A stretch of DNA of 64,000 nucleotides, taken from Phoronis australis (lineage: Eukaryota; Animalia; Phoronida). The notes below the pieces were generated by a model. It searched no databases. It saw nothing but the letters and a program-made list of their open reading frames with translations, and was not told where the DNA came from. Numbering within the stretch: the first letter of the stretch is position 1; each line of letters opens with the position of its first letter. The stretch lies in the NCBI GenBank assembly GCA_002633005.1, contig NMRA01000039.1, forward strand, positions 51,541 through 115,540. The letters are read 5' to 3'. Positions 36,410 to 49,177 of this stretch are shown here, one piece after another. Made by a program: the position numbers and the translations under genes.

Positions 36410-37103
36410 ACACAACCGAGGTAGAACAATGACTGACTCGGCAGCTCTCACAGTCAGACTATATGAAAAGAAATTGGCGCGAAATGCTTGCCTCCTAAAA
36501 CGTCACTTCCGCAGTAGCGGACGAGTAATTAATAAAATTACGAAAAGCTGTAATTAAGTAGAAAATATGTCTAGGATAACCAACCAACCTTATTTTAGCT
36601 CAAAATGACATGGAAAAAGGTTTCCTTCGCCTTTAAGCAACAGCAAACAACATGTGTCTGACGTTTATTGCGGCATTGTAGTTATACACAGTACTCTGGA
36701 GCGGCCCCATATTCTCTGAATTCTCTGGCCTTACGATGCTTAGTCGAATACGGATACGTGAAAGGAAGGCACACAACGCTATAGAATCGGTTTACCATAG
36801 ACTTGCAAGAAAGCAATAAAGAAAAACTGTTCATAAAAGATACAATCATATATTTCATTGTCATTTATGTGCCTGCACTGTGCCAGAACTTTGAGCACCT
36901 ACATTTTTAGAGAAAACTGACAGTAGGCCACTGCAATTCATCGAACAATGTTAACTCATTCGTTTGCAAAATGTTTACTAAAAACAAAAAGGTACTATAT
37001 CACACAAAACACATGCACATTAAAAAGACAGATACAACACAGCCTCGTTTTTTAAACAGGTATCTGGCCAGCTGCCTAAAAATAAGAACGAAATATTACT
37101 TAC

Positions 37104-37233
37104 TTGGCTTGCAATTGTACATCAGGTTTAATATCTTCACGTCCCGGAAACTCAATCCTTTGCTTTTTCCAATCACATTCTGCTTGCTTGGGTCCAGAGT
37201 CACAATTGTCCTTTTTCCATTTTTCGAAAAAGC
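37104..37233 (-). CDS. Astacin metalloprotease exon: end of catalytic domain
   Basis: atcag|...|gtaagt, phase 0-1. Encodes [43 protein letters not shown]; not in the ORF track. Confidence 0.92.
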
Positions 37234-38574
37234 CTGATATACGGAATATCTAGATTACCATCAAAATTAAAATATCAATCGTTACATTGATTCACACCTT
37301 TTCCTAGCACCTTTGTTGAGACCTTCAACATCAGTTAGAAAATTAACTGCGCTCAACTGTTGTAGGCGCTACACGTTAGAACATATATTCCTGTTGTTGT
37401 TTTGATTTTTTTATCACAAATACACGAGCGCAATCCAAAATATTGGCTAATATCGACTGAACTCAAAAAGAAATCACGTGTTTTACTCGCCCACTATAAT
37501 TTTGAATAAACAAGAAAGACAGTGGCAACAGCTGATTAACAGTTTGGTGACTTTTGACACCGTTTAAGACTCCCCGTCAGACTCCGCGACAAACTGCAAT
37601 TTCCTTGTCGCGAAAGCTCGTCTATGACCACATATCTTGCCATCAATAACAATAATTCTCAGAGTACGGGTGCAGTTTTGTTGAAAATATTAAGTAAATT
37701 CTTTAGCCAAGGATAGGCAACCCTTTGGAATTTTGTTGGTAAAAATAAACCTTAAATAGGGTTGGAAGTCTGCACAGAGAAAATGCAAAATCAAGTGCCA
37801 TACACATCACACTCGAATTGCGCCTCAAGCACTGACCCGCACACATCGCGTGAACATGTTTCTCTGCAGAAATAATAAGGCAAAAGTAACTGCATGGAAA
37901 TTAGACCCTTTGAAAGAACTTATTCACTTGAAGAGTTGACTTTTATTTCTAGTTTATCTCTCCGGCATTTGAATTTCGTATCCTAACGGTAAACTCGTGA
38001 ACTAAAGCATTCATTGGGCTAATTCACTGAGTTGGTGACATTTTTGTTGTTGTAGATAATTAGTCTAAATAAAAGCAATGTGATGTAATTCAGTAAGGAC
38101 GTATAATTAATTAATATATTGGTTGTTTACCAACATGTGTATCCTCCTATCAATGCATAGGAAGTGATTCGCCACATGACTTTAACCAGTTGTGGAAAGT
38201 TTACAACAACTGTGCCTTGCATTGTTAGTTATGCAACTTTATTTCTTTGAAGCTCGCCAGCTTTGGGATGTTGCATTTCCGTCAGCAGCAATAATCAGAA
38301 CTATTATCTATCTAAATTACTTAACTTTTGTCTGCCTACACCATATTTGGTAATGACTTGGGTTCACTGCTGGTATCCGGCAACAATTTTATTCAGAGAA
38401 TTGTTTTGAAACTAGGTGTAGCATTTTGGAGGAAGTATGTGGGTTTTGTATTTTGAACTATCTCGCCCACCTTTCTTGTATTCAGTATAAATATTCTGTT
38501 AGCTACTCTAGAATTCATATTGCTTGGAGAGAGGCTGCTGCTTGTTTCAAAAATATCACAGATACCCTGCGTTG

Positions 38575-39537
38575 GTAAGAGAGAACTTTGTTTCTTGATG
38601 CTTTGAGAAGCCAGCAATGAATAAATCGCTGCGTTACCGGGTATTTACATAAAATAAAGCAAATTGACCAGGCACTGAGGCCGTGTGAGCGCATGCTAAT
38701 TCAATGTTTGTTGACAGAAAGCTGTTGTGAAACAGTAACTCGTTTTTATATCCTACGGTCAGATGTCAGAGGGATCTTTATTTAGATATACACATACATT
38801 ATTCGAATCATTGTATTGTACAACCTTCGCCCTGACGGTTCTTTGGAAGGGGAACCTGACTTCTCGGCCCCCGACCAGAAAGTGGATTTGCAGTTTCGCA
38901 GCTATTTCACCAAAATAATCACGCGCACATTATTTCTTTGACTCACTAGTACAGTCTTTTCGTGACTGGAAGTTTAGTTTCCAACATTGGCTGTTTATGT
39001 TCGTGATGTCTTCAGTCCGGCCACGACAGGCTTGATCGGGTTCCGAGCCACTGGCCGAGATAACAAGCGCGTATTGTGTGTTTAGAACTGAAAAATCGCA
39101 AGTCTAAAATCACAACACACAGTTATGTTTTCCTGCATGTATTTCAAGGAAGAATAATTCGAATTGACCACCAAATTGATCCCTGACCTTGGTAAATTGG
39201 TCTACCGAACTTTGTTGGCTACGGAACGTACCTATAAATCCGTAACAGCGAAAGAACAACAAGTTTGTTCAAGAAATCGATGTGTTTGTAAGGGTTCTAA
39301 AATCGAATTTTGATGATTTACTGGTGTAAAACCATAAATTCAAGCGATCAGCTGACACTGAGCAAGCGTGTTGTGAACTGCTGAACAGACTGCGTTTGAA
39401 CCTCTGACATCGTTGGTTAATTTTAACACCTCGTCCGCCACCAGGTGTCAGATAAACGAACTGTACCTGCTGTTATCTAGTGGAAATAATCGATCTGAAT
39501 TAATTCAAAACAGGTTGTTTTGGGGTGGCATTCTCCT
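38575..39537 (-). mobile_element. Partial copy of family A TTAA element
   Basis: Reverse complement of ~19297-20200; ends ggggtggcattctcct|ttaa. Confidence 0.75.
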
Positions 39538-39895
39538 TTAAGAGCTGATTATTTGCCTACTGTGCACTACGACTGCGGCATATTGCCCTTCGAAAAAACT
39601 TTAATAAAGCAATTGCAAGCGTTTGATTGAGACAAAACAGACCCGTAGTATGTCCGTTAAAGACAAGATACAGTCAGAATAAATATTGATTAAATATTTA
39701 ACACAGGTAGTTCCATTCAACTTGCCCAAAATTTGTGCACGTGTACTTTTAAACTATGGGGTCAAACTTGTTTCCATGTATTTTTGACGACAAGATCTAT
39801 TTTTAGATCATGTTTGCTATATGTACTTTGTTTCTGGGGTCAGTGCATTCTAAATATTCTAGAAATTTTGATTATTTATAGTTAATTTATTGAAA

Positions 39896-42163
39896 TAATC
39901 CTTACAGAGGGCGCTAGCGTAGTTATTCTTCTTCATTGTTAGATTACTTAATTAACAACAGGTGCACTTGTCTTGATTAGAGATTATCGTGTAATAAATT
40001 AATTACTGGCTTTAAGCATTCTCCCTTCATCTACGCACAATCTCAAAGCATACCTACCTTTTTACGCAAACCCACAATCAACTGCTGAATTTTGGCGGCT
40101 AGGCCGTTAGCGTTTAACTAAAAGTTTATGTTATTGTGTTTAATAGATTTTAATCAAGTAATTACCGTTTGAATATTAATGAACAAAGCGCATGCTGCAG
40201 ATAATAAACTTCCTTTAAAATGGATATTGAAATGTACATTGTACAAGTGAAACAGTTCAGTTATAAGGGATGAAGAGCTAAGGAAGTGAGCAGAGGAGCT
40301 CTTGCAGCAGGTCTTGGAGCATGAAGAGTGCTCTCATAAACGGGAGCTGGAAAGTCAGAGCTTGTACGGGAACAAGTAGAGAGGTCCTGAGGTACTGAAA
40401 TTAAGAAACCAGATGGCACTGCAACTCTAGATTGGGCTCAAAGCGAGACCTATTGGTGGGGCGTCAAGCAGTGGTGTATGTACCAGCCGTCCCAAAATGC
40501 AAAGGTTCGACGCGAGCGTCGATGACACGGGTGCCTTCCTAGCACGATTTTAGACGTTCACCACAAGCCAGAAATGGGATAAATCGCAGTGGGCTGTGGA
40601 GTTCAGTCCATTGTTGACAGGAAAGGGCCTACATGTGTTCAACAACATGCCGTCTGACAAATTAACAACTACGACCAACTAAAGATGGCGCTGCTGCACG
40701 TGTATGAATTAACCGGAGACGGGTTCCGACGGAAGTTCAGAGAGTTTAAGCCTGAAAAGAGTGGTGAAGACGTGTTCCTATTCGGAGAAAGACTAAAAAG
40801 GTTCTTCAACCGATGGGCACAACTGGCGGGGGTCGAGGCGACTTATGATAGACTCAGACTTTTGCTGATCCGAGAGGAGTTTCTAGGGGGTGTCAACCCG
40901 AGATATCTGTAACTGTATCTGTAACTCTGAGGGAACGGAAACTGCAAACCTTCGACGAGATGTCGGCCATTGGGCAACAGTACATGGACGTTGACTGTAT
41001 TGGTTTATTGTGCAAAGGGTTCGCAAAGAAAGATTTGAGTCAGGTAGCCAAGAGAGGGGCACCGCCAAGCAACACAGGGGAACGAAGGACAAAGACTCCT
41101 CGTTCGTCGATGACCAGAAACAAGGGTGACATACAGTGTCTCAGTTGCCTTCGGAAAGGACATCTCGTCAGGCACTGCTGAATGAAAGGTTCCCAGTCCA
41201 AAATATTCGCTGCAGGCAAGCGGTCGTGTGCCTCGCAGCAAGAACGGGCAAAAAGAGAAGGCGCCAAGAAGACACTGATGTGTCAAGCTGTGGTAGCTAA
41301 GGGTAATCTGATAAAGCAGCACATACTTGACGGCTGTCTGAAGCTAGTAGCTGGGACATCAATACCCGTAGAAACAGGGATCTGTGATCAGCACACAGAA
41401 CCTGATACTAACGACAATATGTCCGTATGTGACTGTTACGTCGACGTGAATAAAGTACACATGATGCGTGGCACCTGTTGTAGCAGTGAGGCTGTGAGGA
41501 CGTACCTATTCAAAGAAATTCAAATGACGGGGAAACAACGCATCTGCGTGTTAATAGATGGTGATTAGTAGTTGAGGGTAGACGCCTTGCTAAAGTGCAC
41601 AGAATAAATTGTCCAACAGAGCCAACTCGTGGAAGATTCTAAAGAGGGTCCTGGCAAGGGCAAGTGTTAACGAACAGGAAGTTAACTAAGAGCCTGTCAC
41701 TTGCATCGTGGGTACTAAGGTACTGCCTGCAAGTGATGCGTCACAAGAGGCTGTTACCAGTAGAAAGATTAGTGGGTAGAAGGCACATGTACAGCCTGCA
41801 AGTATTGTGTCGCGAGTACTGCATGCAAGTCTTGCGTCATGAGGGTCTGTGACCAGCAAGTGTGCTGTCGCCGTACACTGTGTGTTAGTTCGCAGCTTCA
41901 CCAACATGACTGTCATCCAACAAGTTGAGAGCTCTACACTTTGGACAGCAGATACGAAATTTTATAATTGTTTGAAGTAATCCTTACAGAGGGAGCTAGC
42001 GTAGTTACTCTTCTTCATTGTTAGTATACTTAATTAACAACAGTTTTACTTTTTTAGTTAGTGGTTAGCATATAATAAATTAATTACTAGATTTGATCAT
42101 TCTCTCTCCATCCACGCACAATCTCAAACCATAGCTACCTTTTACGAAAACCCACAGTCAACT
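39896..42163 (+). mobile_element. Deleted Ty3/Gypsy LTR retrotransposon relic (SCAN-type gag, zinc knuckle, protease remnant, no RT or integrase)
   Basis: Direct repeats of ~190 bp at 39896-40083 and 41979-42163 (taatccttacagaggg.gctagcgtagtta...). Gag reads LLTGKG...YDQLK, MALLHVYELTGDGFRRKFR...REEFL, CLSCLRKGHLVRHC, followed by a degenerate protease motif MRGTCCS. Confidence 0.85.
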
Positions 42164-42189
42164 TCTAACAGATACAAGTGGGAGACAAC

Positions 42190-44090
42190 AAAAAATTGTT
42201 GGAGCTTCTGGTACTCCTAACTACAATGATAATTGAGTTAGTAATAATTTTGAATTCGCTTCTGATTTAAAGGTCTTCACGTAATCATCGGGCCGTTCGC
42301 GGCCAATTTCGTCCGAATGGTGTTTGTGTACATTTGTACATGACAGGATCGTGCAGACGATTAGCGGATGCTTCATATTAGTCATGGGCATTGAATTTGC
42401 GTGATGGCAACAACAGTGTGTAACAAGGGAGTTTAGAAGTAAATGTCTTTACCTAGCCAGGCCACAAAGCAGTGAGAGAGCTCTAAAAAAGTGCGGTGTG
42501 AACGCCTAAAACTCGGCCAGGAAACAGAACATCAGAAAAAATCTATTTTGCTATACTTGCGGGCATACTGTGGTAAAGGGCAGGCATTTTCAAATTTTTA
42601 ATTGAAAGTGATCGTCAAATATATTGCTCATCCAGTGTTCATTTTTGGAATGGTGGATTGACTTCTATGGGTTTGTGTGTTCCCATTCCTTTAAATTCAG
42701 TACTCGCCGACGGTAAGTTCACCTGGCAGTCTTCCGTCGTTGCTCAAAAATCAGACATTTAACTACCGACGTTTCTTGCACTCACAAAACCCCCAACGAC
42801 CATGTTCACATTATTAGGGAAAAGTAAGTCGGGAACTATTAAATCTTAGGTCAACCAAGAAAGTCTTCTCTAGTCTATCAAAGCCTATGGTGCACAGCCT
42901 GGAACACTTTACACGAGCAACAAATTTGATGGAAAACTTTTCCATGGTTACATGTCACTATTCCAAAGAGCTACTACTCTGAAAGGCTACTACTTCGAAA
43001 TTTCACCACTCCGAAGGTTCGCTGCCTCTGAAAGGTCACTAATTCGAATGTCGACAATTCCGAAGCAAGATCTACAAGAATTCAGCATTCTGATGGTCTG
43101 CTAATGAGTCGGAACTCACATAAATAAAGTATTGTATTTGTGCCCATTTATTAACCATTTAAAGGGTGTGCAAAAGCTGAATAAATCTTAAAATTTTGAT
43201 CTAATTGTTCATTCAGTTCCAATCACTACCAATCGTGATTCTTGAATCTAACTAACGACTCATTCTCAAACAGTTATAACATCGGGTGAGGGCTGCGGCG
43301 ACCGAACGGTGGTTTTAAAATTAAGAAAGCAGAATGAGAGTCGTTGACTTGGTGAGGACTGGCAGGGGCAGGGAAGCTTACTAACTTCATTTAGCTTCGA
43401 CCCGGCCGTGCGCGTGGTTCCGCGTTGGTTGAGGTTGAGGCACAGCGGCCCTAAGCTTTTCAGCCACGCTGTGAAATAATGAAATCTTGACTTGGATTTG
43501 ATGAATTTGCCTGCTTGATAATTCTTCAATATTGCTAACTAATATTCTTTTAAAAATGCAAATACGTACTGATTTTTCCTTATTTGTGAGACATGCGGGC
43601 AACTTCGATGCACATCAAATCCGGGCGTTGTTTTGGATATAGGACACCACTCAGTGCACCTATTTACCGAAGTAAAAGAGAGTAAAAGCATAACAATTAC
43701 ACATGAGTCCGAAATTTTGGATATATTTGGAGTAGCGAACCTTCTCAGTGGCGAACCTTCGAAGTAGCAAACTTTCGGAATAGTGAAGCTCCAGAGCAGT
43801 GAACCTTCGGAATAGTGGACTGTTCCCACTTCCAACGATGTAAGCAACTTTAACACGCAAAATACCACATAAATATTTCAAATCATTCTCCGACAAAATA
43901 TTTCCGAATTTCAGTATCTAATGAGGTGTAATCACACATTTAAGCACGCCTGACTTGAACGTTTGGAAGGGTGTAACGCGAGAATGTTCTGTTATATTGA
44001 ACCACATTGCATCCAAATTTGAGTCCCGTTCTTTGCGAATTCGTTCTCATCTCAGGAACAGAGAGCTGAGAGTCATCGTTGCGTATACAG
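42190..44090. repeat. Uninterrupted arm of the inverted duplication; contains a foldback-like element with 16-bp subterminal arrays
   Basis: Reverse complement of 31350-32430 joined to 26430-27445. Arrays of a gaaccttcggaatagt-like unit lie in opposite orientations at ~42955-43065 and ~43725-43820. Confidence 0.75.
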
Positions 44091-44115
44091 ATTTCCCTTC
44101 CCCCTCAGCTAGGGA

Positions 44116-44520
44116 TTAAGTCGGGGCCAAGGTGTCCATGCGCCCCCCCCCCCCTTAAATTCTCCCAGATTCCATTTGGCAGTTCGGGGGTGCGAATGTC
44201 TGACGGGCAAAATCCTGGGACCCGTTCCAACAAAACTGACTTAGCTAAGACAAATCCTAAATTTTAGTAAATTTTAAAATAAAAGTTAAATTTGTCTCAA
44301 AACCAATTCAAGAAAGAGATCTTAAATTTGGATTAACTGTGTGATGTAAGTTTTGTCTTAAATTTCACTAACTATCAGAATGTGGAAGTTTCAAAGTTTG
44401 GAATTTGAGACAAATCTTAAACTTAAGTCAAAAATTAACTTAAGTCAGTTTCTTGGAACAGGCCACTGGTTAATACTCTGCCCTGACCCAACCCAACTCA
44501 AAATCCTCGATCCGCCTCTG
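44116..44520 (-). mobile_element. CAG-ended MITE interrupted by a ~250-bp palindromic MITE (~44218-44465)
   Basis: Host halves ...caaaatcctgg and ctggttaatact...gatccgcctctg. Insert TIRs gttccaacaaaactgactta / taagtcagtttcttggaac. Confidence 0.7.
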
Positions 44521-44780
44521 CCACTATAAGCTGTGTCAAGGTCCATACCGAAATATCTACAGTGTCGATGCTTGCAAATTACCAAAGTTCCACCGTTCTA
44601 GAAATTCAAACTACCCCCGCACAATGCTGGCTACAGGCCTGGAAACCAAGGCGGGCTAAAGCAATACACCTACAGTTGTACATGTATTCTTCTACTAGAA
44701 TACACACTGACGTGCAGTAATACGGCACTCTGCTTTCCGTAGGCCGATTGTTGTGCAAGCTATTTCGAAAATATACTTAC

Positions 44781-44978
44781 ATACTGTCCGTAATGCATCA
44801 CACTGGCATAGTCGTATGGAACACCATAGGTGTTGATCACGTGTTCACCAAACTTAACAAAAGGCCGTCCTCCGGGCAAATTTTCCGACAATATGCGCAC
44901 GTACGTATCACGGTCTGGTCTATTGTGTTCGTGATACAAGCCAGCTGCGTGACCAATTTCATGTGTAATTGACGGTTT
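44781..44978 (-). CDS. Astacin metalloprotease exon: zinc-binding motif and Met-turn
   Basis: tttcag|...|gtaagt, phase 0-0. Encodes KPSITHEIGHAAGLYHEHNRPDRD...PYDYASVMHYGQY (HExxHxxGxxHE and SxMHY). Confidence 0.97.
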
Positions 44979-47596
44979 CTGAAAAAAATAAAAGGTCATA
45001 CATTTCCAGTATGGATTTCTGAAATCATTTAAGTGATTGACTTGGTACAGTTGTCACTAGCGTATCCAGTACCACAGTCATCTGTGAAAGCGGACAGTAA
45101 GTTATTTCAGGATATCCAGGCGTGCGTTCAGGACCCACATGTACGCTAGGATCTAGCTAAAATCTAGCCAAAGTCACGTGTTCTCGGTTGAAATACACGG
45201 CAGTATCTCACGTAATCTCGCCAATTCTTGCTTTTTAGCGAGGTTCTAGCGTTACTTAACTGGAAGCAGATTTCCCTGCCCGTGTCAGTTCGGGCCTGCA
45301 CGCGAACAAAGTTCTCTCTAAGACCATACCCTTCTTACAGGCGCACATTCTCTGCTCCCGCCCGAACTTTGCACGAACATATTTTTCCGGACTAACCTTG
45401 GTCCATCACACCATTCCTTGCAAGGCAATAACTGGGGCGGGACCGTGAATAGCTAAATTTAATTCGGTTCGACAGAACTTTCATCATACGTTAATATTGA
45501 CCAAGATGGCGAGGTATATCGCTTTTCATGCATGACGCCTGGACGCCACGTGTCGTCGTGATCTGACCAGACACCGTAAACACGAAAAGCCTAGAGTACT
45601 TATCCACCGCACTGAAATATTAGGACTACTACTTTTGATGATACATCAAAGCTTTTTTTAGTTTTGGGACCGTCTAAGAATTTTTTTGTAATTGCGTGTT
45701 AGTTACATGTAATCATTGCATAACAGCGTGTAGGTGGCGTCTTTTCACACAAAAATGTAATTTTAGCAATGAATTAATTGAAACCAGAATATGTTGTAAA
45801 TACTGTAGCTAGGCGGCATTTTCCACTGTCGTCTCAAATGGAGTCAAGACAGCAAAGTTCTTTACCTTTCGGGCTCGAAAACCATTAAACTTGATCAAAG
45901 CCTGTGTGTCTAAATTTCATTGTTCTCCACACGCGTGTACATGTAGGCCTTCTTTTTGACTCGCCAGTGCACTGGCGGATCTTAGATGTCGGCGAGAGAG
46001 AGTCCAACCCAACATGTTCGAAGGCAAAGGTCCGTCTGCATTCCAAGCGGTCTTTGAAACGGCACAAACACAATTATAAAGGAAAAAAGGGGCGTAACGC
46101 AGAGAAACGGTATGCTGGCGGCGATTTATAGTCGCCCGTGGGGTGTGTCCTTGGGGACCTTTACTTCTTTATCCACCTAAGGTGGGACACCATAACTGTT
46201 TCTTTATTTTGAAATATTAATAAAAATTCCAATACACGGTGAGCATACAAGTATGTCTGGAGGTCACGCGCGCCGAAATGTTCGGCAACAATGCTGTTGT
46301 CAGCGTAGCACATTAATTTGATGCCGCAAGCTATCGTATCGAGACTTCGCCCCACTATTCCGTCACTTAATGCGCATAGACGCTACGTTAAAAAGTAGAA
46401 ACGTGGTTGCTACCGCCGATAAAAGGTAAAAAGGTGCTTGGCTGTGCCATAACTTTAGGGAGGTCATTGCCCAATTGCCCCCCCCCCTCTAATTCTGCCA
46501 TTGGTAAATGCCCTGTCTTTGGTGATGTGCGCCGAAATTTGCTGAAAAATATGACAGATGATTCCAGAAAAGATAGATTAATTCAAAGCCAATTTCTTTG
46601 CGAACTGAAAAGCACAACAGCGCTAATAGCTGAAATTTATTTTGTCATTTCAAAGTCGTTATGGAAACTCTATTATGAGGCCAAAGCCTAGCTACATAGC
46701 AGCGTTTCTGATTCTGACTCTGGTTGTTGAAGATTTCCCGCTTATACATGTACATGTAGATTAAAAAAATTCAACTTATTTATCTTAAAGCTTTTCCACC
46801 AATTTTATCTGTCAATTTTGAATTCTTAACTAAGCGCCTTGGGTATTGAAAACATACATATGTCGATTGATGCAGCACAGGCAATGCGTCCTGACATGTG
46901 CCCCTTTCGGAATCCCAATTTTATTTTGTTCGTACGCCGATGGTGATTTTGATGCTTGTGTTGGATACTGTAAGAATACAGTAGCACTGTAATGGTATGG
47001 AATATTAGGAGACCAATTCTATACACTGTATTTTCGACCAGCAATCAGGGCGAAATGCAATTTTGACTTTAATCTTTGGATTTGTTTTCATTCCTCAGAA
47101 TAGCCGTTCGCATCATTTTCAAGCCCCGGCATCGTTAGCAGACGCATCACCTGTTATTGATCGCAGTCATAGCATTGTTAACCAGGTTATAAGCTGGTCG
47201 CATCAAAATCAGATTTTCGTTTCCATCGTTCCCTTTGTTATAATGACTTTAGGGACAAGCATTTATCGGTATCCGTCCCTTCTGATGGAAGACACCTATT
47301 TTGTATTGTTTTTTGAAGTGGTCATTAAAAATTCAAACTAGCAGGCATCAGTTTTTTCATTGAGTTTTCCTCAACGTACTCTAACTGCCAACAGACAATC
47401 AAAGCTACTTTTGCATTCTGCACGGTGAAGAACTGGGAGGTGGTTGGTGATGATAACATCGCCCGATGGCAGTCTCGTTTTTCGGGAACGTTCATTTTGC
47501 AAACTCAGACTTTGGAATACTAAAAGTTGTTTTACTCCCTTCATACTTCGCTCGCCCGTCTACTCAAAGTCTACAGCAACCTAATGTCAGGTTTAC

Positions 47597-47781
47597 CGTG
47601 CGGCATGCTGACTCCAGAGTGATATACTGTTCTCCTCCAAACATGCCAATGGCAGAAGAACACCCTTGACCATTTTGGAACCGAGTATAGTTTTTTTGGT
47701 TGGTCCTTCTAACGAATCGTAAGCACGTGTATCTGTTAAAGTCATCCATGGCTGCATTGATCTGCCTCATGTCAGCACCAC
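47597..47781 (-). CDS. Astacin metalloprotease exon: N-terminal half of catalytic domain
   Basis: tgtag|...|gtaaac, phase 1-0. Encodes GADMRQINAAMDDFNRYTCLRFVRRTNQKNYTRFQNGQGCSSAIGMFGGEQYITLESACRT. Confidence 0.95.
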
Positions 47782-49177
47782 CTACAGCGAAGAATAAAAC
47801 ATCAAAGTAAACAGTGAATTTGATTGGTTCTGCGATTTAGCTTCAAACGCGTTTGCGTAATATACGTGTAACTAATTATGGCATTGTTGATCTGACTCGT
47901 GTGCGCACCATCTACAGAGAACCAGACTAGTGGCTTGATAATTTAAACTTTCCGTAACATTATAAGCAACAAAAGTCTTGTTCTGTCAGGAGTTTTAACC
48001 GTCACTCGCATGTAATACTTAAACAGATAACAACAGCCATGAGGAAATGTCTCTTTTAAAATTATTCAAAATCTGATATACCCAGAAAGTTAAAATATTC
48101 TACAAATAGTGGGAACTGTTTTGTTTTACATTGATGGCAAGAGTAAATGAGAACAAAAATGCGACAAAGACTAACCCATCCCCGAACGTGATTATAAGAT
48201 ATTTAAAGTTGTTATTCTAGATAGCTGCTTAACCCTCAAACCGACATCATACCTTTACTGTCCCTGTCAAATTCGAAGATGGCGTTGAACATTGTGACTT
48301 GAGTCGGTAAATATATCAATTTGACGACTACTACGAGACTGATTTTTTGAGAATCAAAGCCCTACCTCCATTGAGAAGCTTGAATTTAGTGTTTCAAGAA
48401 TGCAAGTTAAAATTCTTGTTGTCGTTTGCAACTCGTGGAAGGCATCACAACGGCATGCCCTTGAAGTTTGCAAAATGCGAGAACAGAACCCATGTACTTA
48501 AGACTACAACAACACCGAGACATTTCGACTTTCAAATTTGGCGGGATCAAGATGTCTTTCTGTCGGGAATGGGAATGTTTTTTTTCCTGACCATTAAAAT
48601 GGTTATTTTTAGTTGGTGAATGTGCTTTCAATATACCTGAACCGAAACTTGAATGTCGGCATGAATGCGATTTGAAATTTTAATCTGTCGTAGGCCGTGG
48701 AATTGCTCTGAATTTATGAAAGTGAAGGTACGCTTAAATAAGGATCAGGGCGACCAACAGGAGAATTGGTGTATTGATATTAGCAGTGCTTGGGTCGGAG
48801 AGCTAATAACGTCTTGGGATAATAAAGTTTTTTCGTGATGATTCTTTAAGCTTGGAAATGTGCAGTCTTGAATGGTGAATTAATTCGATATACTCGAACA
48901 GTAAACCAGCCACTCTCCCTCCACCCTTCTCTGATTACGAACTTCATAGAATGTAACGTGCATTTAACAACTTTTAATGTATAAAATGGAATGAATGTCT
49001 TAAAAACACATACAACTCTTGCTTGGTGTCGACCGAGACAGTCCACAACACAACACAACGCTGCTATTAAGTCGAGCTATTCTACTTTTCTACTACTAGG
49101 TAGCTTTGATTATTACTTTTACCTGTCTGTTTCGGTGCATCGTATTTGCAGGTAATATCAGCCCCTTACACAACACA

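Noticed and set aside
35625-36557. Long ORFs of 239-285 aa
   Set aside because: Translations of the N gap.
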